Assembly: GCA_046542845.1 (NCBI GenBank)
Contig: JBKHAN010000001.1
Location: 3,267-67,266 of the forward strand
Origin: Spirochaetaceae bacterium
GTDB lineage: Bacteria; Spirochaetota; Spirochaetia; DSM-27196; SKKC01
Direction of reading: 5' to 3'
DNA length: 64,000 nt
A program made the translations under genes and the position numbers. Within the stretch, counting starts at the first letter, position 1; each line of letters starts with the position of its first letter. Under the pieces are notes generated by a model. That model was not told the origin of the DNA, searched no databases, and saw nothing but the letters and a program-made list of their open reading frames with translations. This document shows, in pieces, positions 34,274 through 43,420 of this stretch.

Positions 34274-35334
34274 ACACGAAACGAGTGCTGAGCATCCTGA
34301 AAAAAGACGTGCAGGTCAGTCCCCGATCACCCCTTGTATTGTTCGCGCTGGTTCTCCCCGTCGCGTTGACCGGTGTACTGCACCTCGTTTTCGGGAGCTC
34401 TTTCAACGCCCCTCCGGATCTCGCGTACGTAGACCGTGGTTCCTCACAGATGGTTCAGGCGCTTCGCGACTCCGAAGCCGTCGGGCTTCACGAGCTCGAC
34501 GACGAAGCCGAGCTGCGCGAGCGCGTAGGCTCAGGCAGTTTCGACGCCGGACTTATGCTTCCGGAAGACTTTGACGAGCAGGTACGCTCGGGCGAACGCC
34601 CGCAGCTTCAGCTGTACATCAGCGGAGAGAGTTACGCAACGGATCGCCTCGTCGTGTCGGTCAGCACCATAGATGCGGTCAGAGAGATTTCCGGGAGCAA
34701 TCCACCGCTGTCCGTAGAGACCGTCGATCTCGGGAACGACGACCACGTGCCGCTCGCCACCCGATTCGTGCCCGTCGTCGCGATGTATGCGTTTCTGATA
34801 GCAGGGCTCTTTGTACCCGCGGCAAGCATTGTCGACGAACGTGAACGCGGCACCCTGACCGCAGTAACCGTAACTCCGGCGAGTCTGAGCGACCTGCTCG
34901 CAGCAAAACTGCTGTTCGGTATGGTTCTGACGATTATCATGACGCTGGTCACGCTGGGATTGAACGACGCGTTCGGATCGAGCCTGTCGACCATGGTGCT
35001 CGTAATTGTTCTGACGTCGGCATTCTGGTCACTGCTCGGGCTGATCGTCGGCCTGCTTTCGAAAAATTCGCAGACCCTGTTTGCCGTTGTAAAAGGATCG
35101 GGAGCCCTGCTTATGGCGCCGGTCGTCTTCTATCTGTTCCCCGACTGGCCGCAGTGGATCGCCTCGCTGTTTCCCACATACTGGGCAATCGACCCCCTGT
35201 GGCAAATCATGGCGAACGATGCAGGCTTTGCCGATGTTCGTGCTTCACTCGCGGTGGTGCTCGGCCTGAGTGCAGCGCTCGCACTTGTTGTAGCGGCGCT
35301 CGCGAGGAAATTGGGTGCCGGTGGGCGGGTGTAG
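34270..35334 (+). CDS. ABC-2 type transporter permease (second subunit)
   Basis: ATG at 34270 forms an ATGA overlap. Same topology as the preceding permease. The track start at 34102 lies inside the previous gene. Confidence 0.7.
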   Translation: MNTKRVLSILKKDVQVSPRSPLVLFALVLPVALTGVLHLVFGSSFNAPPDLAYVDRGSSQMVQALRDSEAVGLHELDDEAELRERVGSGSFDAGLMLPEDFDEQVRSGERPQLQLYISGESYATDRLVVSVSTIDAVREISGSNPPLSVETVDLGNDDHVPLATRFVPVVAMYAFLIAGLFVPAASIVDERERGTLTAVTVTPASLSDLLAAKLLFGMVLTIIMTLVTLGLNDAFGSSLSTMVLVIVLTSAFWSLLGLIVGLLSKNSQTLFAVVKGSGALLMAPVVFYLFPDWPQWIASLFPTYWAIDPLWQIMANDAGFADVRASLAVVLGLSAALALVVAALARKLGAGGRV

Positions 35335-35349
35335 AGCGTTTGAACCGAG

Positions 35350-36525
35350 TCAGCCGAGATCGATCACCTGTATCACAGCGCGCTTTCCGTTGATTCGCCA
35401 ACTTTGGTCTTCGGCGTCAAGTGCTGACACTGTTTCCTGATCGAGCCCCCATATAACATCGCTTTTCATACCGCGCAGAAGGATCATCGGTGGCAGCCCG
35501 CTCGTGCCAACCGCCGCGCGAACGTCCGTGCCAATCGGCCAGATCGTGTCCTGAAACACGCGGCGGTAGTTCAGGTCTCCTTTTACGATAAGAAGGTCCG
35601 CCGTCTCGAGCACGCGGCGCATCCGCAGCGGGAGGTCGGGGAAAAACAGCGTCGAACACCAGTACGGATCGGGCTGCAGGTGTATACGCTCATCATCAAA
35701 GCCTGTCTGTATATCCCTCGCGATTGCACGAACGGCGTCCGACCCGGCCGAACCGGCGCGTTCGAGAAAATAGTGCACATCGCGTACCGTGGTATCGCTT
35801 ACATAGGTAGGATGGTACTTCACATGACACACAACATCCGCCCCCGACAGCAGAAGCTCCCGAATCAGTAACAGGTCACCCGCAAGTTCTGCGCCCGCGT
35901 TGTCGGTCACGATGTGTACGCGTCTCGCTGTTCTCAGCAGCTTGAGCGCTTCAGTCTCGTCGTGTACCACCAGCAGATCTGCGGTTCCATGGCCGCGCTC
36001 GGGAGACGTCCCTGCAGAGAAGCTCAGGTCGGCACGGTTTCCCCATGTGGCAAACTCCATGGCCCGAAGCAACCTTGCCCCCGGATCATTGTCAGGGGTC
36101 TCCGCACTGCTGAAAAGCCGTACCGGCGCGAAAGCGTGCGCATTGTCCAGATCCGCCTTTTTTGTGTACCAGAACGGATCGCGTCCATGCTCGAAGAAAC
36201 GAGACGCGTCCAGTATGAGTCTGAAGGCGTAGGTTTCCGCGAAGAACCACGGTGCGTCGTGCCAGTGTTCATCGCGGTGCGGTTCAAATTGCCTCATCCA
36301 CCATTCGTAGTCGTACCATGTGGCGCCCGGTTCAGGTATACGCGAGCCGACTTCGATTGCTTCGGCGAGTTCCAGAAGGCGGGCACGCTCAGGATCGGTA
36401 AAGTCGGGGTTCGTGCGCGCGGTGTAGCGTATATTCCCGGGAAGGCGTTTCTGCATGGTGTTCCACGCGAACCAGTTGCCTTCGTTCGTACGTATCGGGT
36501 CGATTGACCCGGATGCGGGTGTCAT
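35350..36525 (-). CDS. DUF89 / ARMT1-like damage-control phosphatase family protein
   Basis: VTDNAGAELAGDLLL (DNxGxE metal site) and KGDLNYRRV, both DUF89 hallmarks. Confidence 0.7.
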   Translation of the reverse strand: MTPASGSIDPIRTNEGNWFAWNTMQKRLPGNIRYTARTNPDFTDPERARLLELAEAIEVGSRIPEPGATWYDYEWWMRQFEPHRDEHWHDAPWFFAETYAFRLILDASRFFEHGRDPFWYTKKADLDNAHAFAPVRLFSSAETPDNDPGARLLRAMEFATWGNRADLSFSAGTSPERGHGTADLLVVHDETEALKLLRTARRVHIVTDNAGAELAGDLLLIRELLLSGADVVCHVKYHPTYVSDTTVRDVHYFLERAGSAGSDAVRAIARDIQTGFDDERIHLQPDPYWCSTLFFPDLPLRMRRVLETADLLIVKGDLNYRRVFQDTIWPIGTDVRAAVGTSGLPPMILLRGMKSDVIWGLDQETVSALDAEDQSWRINGKRAVIQVIDLG

Positions 36526-36558
36526 AGCTCGCGAGTATATCAGAGTTTTCGCACAGGC

Positions 36559-37455
36559 TCAGTGGCGTTCGATAAACCGTCGGCGCGTTTTCTCCGTAAG
36601 CCCGTTGACCGGTACGTGTATGGCGATCTCGAACGCCCGGCCGAAATCCTCGTCGAACGCGATGTCGAACACCTCAAGCCGGGGACAGGCTTTCAGATAC
36701 GAGACAAGTATTGCGGGAATCTGCCACCCGTCGCGCGACGCACACCCGGTCAATGCTTCAAGCGTTGCCGTACACTCAGGGTCGGCGTGGTCTGCTGCGT
36801 CAAGCATTTCCTTCACGACGGCGCGGTCTCTCGCGCACACATCGCCCGATGCCGCCCGGTAGTGCGTATCGAGAAAGGTCCACAGGGTTCGAATCGCGGA
36901 CGATGGCATGGTCGGGTAGACGGTGACGTTGCCAAAATACCCGGTCATGTCGGGCCAGATGCGGGTCAGAGCGCCGAGCCCCGACCAGACCGAAAACAGC
37001 CCCTGCACCGCGCGATGCGCGCGGCGGTTTACGACCGACCGCCCGAGTTCGACAAGGTGCGGGAGCGTGCCGTTCACAAAGGCACGGGAAAAATCGAACA
37101 GACCGGCAGTGCGAAGACTCACAGCGGACAGTTGGTGCGATTCAAGCATGCGGCCGCAGTGCATCGCGCGGTACATGGCCACGAGCTCCCCGTGCTCGCG
37201 GTCGAAGGATACGATCTGCAGATAGCGAGGGATACCGGTATCGTGTCTGTCGAGGTCGCGGGGCAGGTTTCGGCCGGCACCTTCCGCCCGGTACTCGGCT
37301 TCCCTGATCCGTCCGATCTCGTTAAGGACCTCCGGACAGTCCGGACCGTCAAAGATGTGTATTTCCAGATCGTGAAACCTCGTCAACTCAGTATCGCTAC
37401 CCAGCTCGCGTCGCAACTGCTCCGGGTCACTTGGTGGCGCGACCGTCTCTATCAT
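36559..37455 (-). CDS. GNAT-fold N-acyltransferase, OlsB/GlsB (hemolysin-like, COG3176) type
   Basis: IREAEYRAEGAGRNLPRDLDRHDT...LQIVSFDREHGELVAMYR fits the Acetyltransf_5 pattern. Length of about 300 aa matches OlsB. ATGA overlap with the upstream gene. Confidence 0.5.
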   Translation of the reverse strand: MIETVAPPSDPEQLRRELGSDTELTRFHDLEIHIFDGPDCPEVLNEIGRIREAEYRAEGAGRNLPRDLDRHDTGIPRYLQIVSFDREHGELVAMYRAMHCGRMLESHQLSAVSLRTAGLFDFSRAFVNGTLPHLVELGRSVVNRRAHRAVQGLFSVWSGLGALTRIWPDMTGYFGNVTVYPTMPSSAIRTLWTFLDTHYRAASGDVCARDRAVVKEMLDAADHADPECTATLEALTGCASRDGWQIPAILVSYLKACPRLEVFDIAFDEDFGRAFEIAIHVPVNGLTEKTRRRFIERH

Positions 37456-39065
37456 GAATCACGCCCCCCCTGTATCACGATACGGCTGGATGATGTACGC
37501 ACAGCCAGTGTTCGCTCCACGAGGTCCTGAAACCTTCGTGCGGTGAGCGCGTCCTCGGCCGCGCCGGGGTCGGAAGCGGGCACAGGGTGTCCGGGTGCGC
37601 CAAAAACCAGATCCACGGTATCGCCGCGGCGTCCGAAAAGCTCTCGTACAAGGAGAAACATTTCGATATTGGGCACGCTCTGAAAGCGCTTTCGCAGCGT
37701 ATACATTCCGTTAAACAGCCATGAATTACGTCCGGAGACCCAGACCGGGAGGACACGACGCCCGTAGCGCCGGGCGCGTGTCACAAAAGACTTCTGCCAG
37801 GGAAACTCTCGAAGACGCCCGCCTTCAACGCGGGCGGTACGCCCGGCGGGAAAAATCAGAACCGGCCGGTGACCCTTATACAGCTCATCGTAACGGGATA
37901 GAACCGACGCGTTTCCACGGTAGCGGTCAATCGGGACGATCAGCGACGCGAGCGATGGAATGCGTGCGAGCATTTCGTTCGCCGGTACCGCGACGTCGCC
38001 GTACATCCGGAGAAGCTCGCGCATGAGCACGAGCCCCTCGACTCCACCGGACGGATGATTGGACGCGACAACGGGACGGTCCGTCTCGACGAGATGATGT
38101 CTGCCGTGAACGCTGACCGAAATTTCGAGTTCCTCAAGCACAGCGTCACAGAATTCGAGCGCGCTTGCGTCAGCGTACCGCAGGACCAGCCGGTTGACGC
38201 GCTTTTCGCAAAGCAGCCACCGGAGAAACGCGAACCCGAATCCGGGCACCCGCATTGCCATTCCCGGAGCGCGCTCCAGGAAAGCCTGACGGCAATCGAG
38301 GGGTTTCTCCGACACGAGTCCCTGCGGGCGCAGCGTCGCAAGCGCCGGCGGATCAGGCAGACTGCACGGGGGTCCGTCGAAATACCCGATATGTACTGAT
38401 CGATCCGCGCTGTATACCACCCGGGTACAGCTGACCGTCCGTGCGTCGGCGCGCGACATGCAGACACCGAAAGCCGCATCCCCCGGGTTTACACGGCGAT
38501 GAAATTTCCAGAGCTTTTGCCCGTGCGGAGCATCTGTCGGCCCCACGATGCGGTGATACTCCGCACTGCGCCAGTCTTCCACATCGTTCGACCGGTAGCT
38601 TGAAGTCGTGAGCGGAGGTCGAAGCGCGTCCTCCCGAACGAGCTTTCGCCCGGTCCAGGTGAACGAAGCCGTGCGCAGCGGCAACCCGGAACCACCAGGG
38701 AAAAACCCGGCGAGAATAAACGGGGGATAGTCCTCAAGTTCAAGCGCCGACAGGAGGGCGTGCGTATGATCGGGATCAGTCGAAGACTGAACCCGTCGGA
38801 CGATTTCACCACGGCTTCGGGCGGAACCCGAGGCCGGCCCGAGTCCATGCCGGTAGGAGTTCAGAATACAGTGTGTTACGCCGTATTCGTTTACGCCTAA
38901 CCAGGTACCCCCACGGTCCCGGTCCGTCGGAGCTGCGTAGCGAACACCGTCCGTGAGCGCCGTCTCCGGTGCGAGCGCACGGCGTCGCGTTCGAAGCTCA
39001 TCCCGGTTAAAGAGGAGTTCATACCCCCCGCTGCCGGAACCCGTGGTCCAGGTAAGCGTGCACAC
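37452..39065 (-). CDS. fusion protein: N-terminal NRDE (TANGO2) domain plus C-terminal PlsC-superfamily acyltransferase domain
   Basis: Starts MCTLTWTT...LLFNRDELRTRR, with Cys2 and a literal NRDE motif. The C-terminal half carries VVASNHPSGGVEGLVL and VLIFPAGRTARV acyltransferase blocks. Confidence 0.6.
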   Translation of the reverse strand: MCTLTWTTGSGSGGYELLFNRDELRTRRRALAPETALTDGVRYAAPTDRDRGGTWLGVNEYGVTHCILNSYRHGLGPASGSARSRGEIVRRVQSSTDPDHTHALLSALELEDYPPFILAGFFPGGSGLPLRTASFTWTGRKLVREDALRPPLTTSSYRSNDVEDWRSAEYHRIVGPTDAPHGQKLWKFHRRVNPGDAAFGVCMSRADARTVSCTRVVYSADRSVHIGYFDGPPCSLPDPPALATLRPQGLVSEKPLDCRQAFLERAPGMAMRVPGFGFAFLRWLLCEKRVNRLVLRYADASALEFCDAVLEELEISVSVHGRHHLVETDRPVVASNHPSGGVEGLVLMRELLRMYGDVAVPANEMLARIPSLASLIVPIDRYRGNASVLSRYDELYKGHRPVLIFPAGRTARVEGGRLREFPWQKSFVTRARRYGRRVLPVWVSGRNSWLFNGMYTLRKRFQSVPNIEMFLLVRELFGRRGDTVDLVFGAPGHPVPASDPGAAEDALTARRFQDLVERTLAVRTSSSRIVIQGGRDS

Positions 39066-39071
39066 GGAGGT

Positions 39072-39581
39072 CTATCTGCTCCCCGCCTCGAAGCGCAGTG
39101 TCGAGAAGGCTACACCGAAATCCTGTGGTACCGGAGAATCCATGGAGCTAAGAATGAAGGAAATAAGCGCCATGTGATGCACCGTATGCGAGGACAGAAA
39201 GTGGAGCTCCCGGCCTGGACTCGTTTCCATGTCGCACGCTCCGGTGCCCCAGGTATACCTGACACTGCCGACGGATATGGGACTGCCGTAGTCCGATAAT
39301 ATCGAACACACCCGCGAGCACGCGTCGGCCGCTACAATGGGATCGGTTTCCAGATCGAGATCCCGCACTCGTGACTCGTAGTCGACTGCCGCATCGGTAG
39401 ATTCAAGACATGCGGTGTAGTGGTCAAGCACGTGCCTGACATGCTTTCCTATTCCGCCCCGCTCAAACGGCTGTCGGGCATACTGGTACTGCTCCGGCGT
39501 AAGCGTGTTCAGCAACGCTCGAAGCTGTTCGAGCAGATCGACGTTTTCACGACGCAGGGCAATCAGACATTCGGTACTCAT
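39072..39581 (-). CDS. DinB-fold (DinB_2-like) metal-binding protein
   Basis: His triad context IGKHVRHVLDHY ... SSHTVHHMALI. The ATG at 39581 (MSTECL) is preferred over the track start at 39809, which runs into the coaBC promoter. Confidence 0.5.
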   Translation of the reverse strand: MSTECLIALRRENVDLLEQLRALLNTLTPEQYQYARQPFERGGIGKHVRHVLDHYTACLESTDAAVDYESRVRDLDLETDPIVAADACSRVCSILSDYGSPISVGSVRYTWGTGACDMETSPGRELHFLSSHTVHHMALISFILSSMDSPVPQDFGVAFSTLRFEAGSR

Positions 39582-39690
39582 AGCGTCTACCTTACCACCT
39601 GGATTCACGCTTTGCAATCTTTTTGTATCTACATTTATTGTAGTACGTAATTTTTTTGTAGTGACAGACTGCGCTGTGTACGTATACGGT

Positions 39691-40953
39691 ATGTTCGATA
39701 TGGAAATCAGACGCGACAGCATTACCGGAAGTGACAGCTCGATACTCACAGGCAGAACCATTATTCTGGCGCTGTGCGGAAGCGTCGCAATCCTCCGATC
39801 GATAGACATTGCGCGAGCCCTTATGCGTCACGGCGCGACCGTCGTTCCCGTTATGTCGGCTTCCGCGACCCGGCTCGTCGGACCCGATCTTGTACACTGG
39901 GCAACGGGGGTACCGCCGATAACCGGACTCACCGGCGCAAACGAACACGTCGCTCTCGCCGGAAACGAAGGTACACCGGCAGACCTCTTACTTGTTGCCC
40001 CCGCAACCGCGAACACAGTCGGCAAGATCGTTCACGGGATAGACGACACGCCGGTCACAACCGTCGCGGCGACTGCCCTCGGGCAGGGGCTGCCGATTCT
40101 TCTCGCACCCGCAATGCACGAGCCCATGTACACGAATCCGGCGATACAGCGAAACCTCGAGACCGCACGTTCACTGGGAATCGGAGTGGTAGAGTCCAAG
40201 GTTGTCGAAGGCAAAGCTAAAATGGCGGATGTGCAGCACATTGTGGACGCAAGTATCCGCGCCATCCGGTCGCGCACGTCCGCGTTTGCAGGACGAACGG
40301 TCCTGGTGACCGCAGGGAGAACGGTGGAATATCTTGATCCGGTCCGTGTCGTTACCAATAATTCCAGCGGTAAAATGGGGGTGGCGCTCGCCCGGGCGGC
40401 GTATCATGAGGGCGCGAACGTCACGCTGGTATACGGCAAAGGCACTGCGGTCCCCCCGGAGGGCGTTCGCGTTGTCCAGGTGGAAACAGCGGAACAGATG
40501 CTTCGTGAAGTGCTCGAGTGTCTCAGCCAGGACAGACCGTTGGTGGACGTAATGATTGCTGCGGCAGCCGTCGGTGACTGGAAGGCCCGCCACCCGGCCG
40601 CGAAAAAGACGGCCACACACGGAGTCGAGGAATTACAGGTCGATCTTCTTCCAACACCCAAAATTATTGATGAAGTTCGCCGACAGAACCCGAACCTCCG
40701 TCTTGTGGCGTTTCGTGCCCAACACGATCTTGAGCACTCCGAACTCATGAGAGACGGCCGGGCGAGGATGGAACGAGCAGGGGCCGATATGATCGCCATA
40801 AATGATGTTTCGAAACCCGGTCGGGGATTTGAGTCGGAAACAAACGAAATGACGCTCCTGTTTCCCGATGGAACTGAGGTCCTCGTTCCGATGGCGGATA
40901 AATACGCTGTTGCACGGCGAATCCTGGACGTTATTGCGACACGGATTCTGTAA
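39691..40953 (+). CDS. coaBC: bifunctional phosphopantothenoylcysteine decarboxylase / phosphopantothenate-cysteine ligase
   Basis: Flavoprotein half: ILALCGSVAILRSIDIARAL, PATANTVGKIVHGIDDTPV. CoaB half: VTAGRTVEYLDPVRVVTNNSSGKMG. The track start at 39505 is over-extended. Confidence 0.9.
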   Translation: MFDMEIRRDSITGSDSSILTGRTIILALCGSVAILRSIDIARALMRHGATVVPVMSASATRLVGPDLVHWATGVPPITGLTGANEHVALAGNEGTPADLLLVAPATANTVGKIVHGIDDTPVTTVAATALGQGLPILLAPAMHEPMYTNPAIQRNLETARSLGIGVVESKVVEGKAKMADVQHIVDASIRAIRSRTSAFAGRTVLVTAGRTVEYLDPVRVVTNNSSGKMGVALARAAYHEGANVTLVYGKGTAVPPEGVRVVQVETAEQMLREVLECLSQDRPLVDVMIAAAAVGDWKARHPAAKKTATHGVEELQVDLLPTPKIIDEVRRQNPNLRLVAFRAQHDLEHSELMRDGRARMERAGADMIAINDVSKPGRGFESETNEMTLLFPDGTEVLVPMADKYAVARRILDVIATRIL

Positions 40954-40975
40954 CCGCGGTACGATTCGACGCGCT

Positions 40976-41857
40976 TCAGGGCTCGTTCAGGTTCCAGTCG
41001 TAGGAATACGCGATTCGTCCGCGATATCCTCCATCGGCGAAGGAGCGCAGCTGCTCCGCCAGACTGTCCTCTGCGTACTCGAGCAGGTGACCGACAATGA
41101 CCGCAATGTCGTCGTCCCAGTCCTCCGAGTACCAGTTGAAGATCTCCGACAAGTGCAGTCGGTTCCCCTCGAAACGGGCTCCCCTCGGGTGGTTTATATA
41201 CTCTCCGGCGGCTATATCGAACAGATCCCGGTAATTTGCTCCGGTAAACGGCTCCGGTTGCAGGTTCGGGCAGCCTATGCTCGCACAGTTTACTGCGTAG
41301 TGGATTCGCGGGTCCTGCCATATCGGCCGTATAATCCGGTGTTCAATATCGTTGAGCGTCAGATCCTCTCCTTCAACCTCAACGAGCACTGCATCCCAGG
41401 GATGCCGGTTGAACGCGGAACCCGATATGGTAATGTCGCGAATGCTGTCGACCGGATAATGTTCGAGTATGAGTTCCACCGTCACCGCGTTGTACAGATT
41501 CAACCAGTACGCAATCTGCTCGTCACGGTTGAGACGTGAAACCTCCACCTCGGACAGCCGATCAATGTACGCCTGAAGCGCTGAGCGATCCGTATCGCTC
41601 ACATCGGCATAGCGAAAGAGGTTCACTCCGGATTCTGTTCCAGTGACCAGATAACGGTCGATAATCCGCCCCCACTCCGAGTGGTCTATAATTGTGGTGC
41701 TCTGTGCATCGTGCGCTTCCCACCGTGGCCAGAGCTCTGCCTGTGGCGCAGCGGCGACGCCCTGAACAGTACATACCGATGCCAGGAACACAAACAGTAG
41801 AAGCGGTACCGAATGACCGACCGCTCGTATTGATGAGGCGCGGAACATTAAATGCAT
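40976..41857 (-). CDS. DUF547 domain protein, secreted
   Basis: Signal peptide, then QIAYWLNLYNAVTVELILEHYPVDSIRDI and DPRIHYAVNCASIGCPNL, typical of DUF547. Confidence 0.75.
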   Translation of the reverse strand: MHLMFRASSIRAVGHSVPLLLFVFLASVCTVQGVAAAPQAELWPRWEAHDAQSTTIIDHSEWGRIIDRYLVTGTESGVNLFRYADVSDTDRSALQAYIDRLSEVEVSRLNRDEQIAYWLNLYNAVTVELILEHYPVDSIRDITISGSAFNRHPWDAVLVEVEGEDLTLNDIEHRIIRPIWQDPRIHYAVNCASIGCPNLQPEPFTGANYRDLFDIAAGEYINHPRGARFEGNRLHLSEIFNWYSEDWDDDIAVIVGHLLEYAEDSLAEQLRSFADGGYRGRIAYSYDWNLNEP

Positions 41858-41890
41858 TGGCTTTCTCCTTTCAGGGTGGACAACTCCGCT

Positions 41891-41929
41891 ATACTTATAG
41901 TATTGATGATACTATCATTTGTATCTACA
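41891..41929. promoter_or_regulatory. AT-rich repeat cluster in the DUF547 / reductase divergent promoter region
   Basis: ATACT-tat-AGTAT, then ATAGTAT-tgatg-ATACTAT (7-5-7 inverted repeat), then TTTGTATCTACA. The same 12-mer occurs at 39622..39633. Confidence 0.4.
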
Positions 41930-41956
41930 AATTACAACGGAGCGGGAGATATCTTC

Positions 41957-43420
41957 ATGAAATATACACACGATATCCTGGTTATAGGGGGTGGCTCCGG
42001 TGGCCTTTCCGTTGCCTCAGGATGTGGGCAGCTCGGAATGAAAACGGCCCTGATCGAACGCGAGCATATGGGAGGCGACTGTCTGCATTTCGGTTGTGTG
42101 CCAAGTAAGGCTCTCCTGCACGCTGCCGAACGCTTCTCCGGTTATCGTGATGCACGATCGTTTGCCTCGGATACGGTGCCCGACATCAACGCGGACATCG
42201 GCAAGGTGAACGCCTTTATTGCATCGGTCATTCAATCGATTATGTATCACGACTCCCCGGAACGCTTTCGATCCCTTGGCGTCGACGTCCATCTGCGCAC
42301 CGGTCGGTTCCGGTCACCTCACGAGGTATCGATCGGGGAAACCGTTCTATCGGCTCCGAAGATCGTCATTTCCACGGGCAGCCGGGCTGCGGTCCCACCG
42401 GTGCCGGGACTTGCAGACACACCATTCCTGACGAATCGTGACGTATTCTCGCTTCGCTCGCTTCCAGAGTCCATGACTGTTCTCGGCGGCGGTCCCATAG
42501 GGATCGAACTGAGTCAGGCCTTTGCCCACCTGGGTTGTTCGGTGACCATCGTAGAAATGGCGCCTCGGATCCTTCCGCGTGATGACGAAGAACTCGCATC
42601 CATTATCGCACACAGACTCGCGTCGGACGGAATTACCGTCCTTACCGGAACGAAAGCGTCGTCTGTTGCCTACGACGCACGCAACGGCTTTGTCGTAGGC
42701 ATAGAGGGTGACGGTCAGACGCGAAGCATACAATCCGAGGCGCTTCTCGTGGCTGCCGGGCGTCAGGCGAATACGGACGATCTCGGTCTCGAAGCAGCCG
42801 GCATCGAAGCCGGTCCGGGTGGATTCATTGCCGTCGATTCCCGCCTCCGGACCCGGCAGAAGCACATCTACGCGATCGGGGACGTAAACGGATCGTTCCC
42901 GTTTACGCATGTGGCAGGAGCAGAGGCGGCTGTCGTCGTGCGACGCGTTGCGCTGCACGCCGGCGGTACCATCGACTACCGAACCGTACCCTGGGTAACC
43001 TATACAGACCCTGAACTCGCGGCAGTCGGCTATACCGAAGCTGCCGCGGAGGCGGAGAATATCCCGCATACCGTTGTGCGTCAGTCCTTCAGGAGCGTGG
43101 ACCGTGCCCAGGCGGAAGAGGCGGCAGACGGCCTGCTGAAGATTGTCCTCGACAAGCGCGATCGTGTGATCGGCGTCCAGGTCGCAGCGAAGGGAGCCGG
43201 GGAACTGCTCTCCCCGGGCCTTACCGCCGTCCGCCGTAGGGCCCGATTCGCGTCGCTACGATCCGGGATGATTCCCTACCCGACTATGACCGAGGTGTAT
43301 CCCCGCGCTGTCTCGTCGATGCTCGCTCCGAAACTGTTCAATCCGACGATCCGGTCTATCCTTCGACTCCTGTTTCGCTACCGGGGTACAGGACCGGTAC
43401 CCCAGGGGGATAACCAATGA
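41957..43420 (+). CDS. class I pyridine nucleotide-disulfide oxidoreductase (dihydrolipoamide dehydrogenase / mercuric reductase-like)
   Basis: ILVIGGGSGG FAD site, redox-active GGDCLHFGCVPSK, second Rossmann motif VLGGGPIGIE, C-terminal dimerisation PYPTMTE. Start MKYTHD at 41957. Confidence 0.85.
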   Translation: MKYTHDILVIGGGSGGLSVASGCGQLGMKTALIEREHMGGDCLHFGCVPSKALLHAAERFSGYRDARSFASDTVPDINADIGKVNAFIASVIQSIMYHDSPERFRSLGVDVHLRTGRFRSPHEVSIGETVLSAPKIVISTGSRAAVPPVPGLADTPFLTNRDVFSLRSLPESMTVLGGGPIGIELSQAFAHLGCSVTIVEMAPRILPRDDEELASIIAHRLASDGITVLTGTKASSVAYDARNGFVVGIEGDGQTRSIQSEALLVAAGRQANTDDLGLEAAGIEAGPGGFIAVDSRLRTRQKHIYAIGDVNGSFPFTHVAGAEAAVVVRRVALHAGGTIDYRTVPWVTYTDPELAAVGYTEAAAEAENIPHTVVRQSFRSVDRAQAEEAADGLLKIVLDKRDRVIGVQVAAKGAGELLSPGLTAVRRRARFASLRSGMIPYPTMTEVYPRAVSSMLAPKLFNPTIRSILRLLFRYRGTGPVPQGDNQ

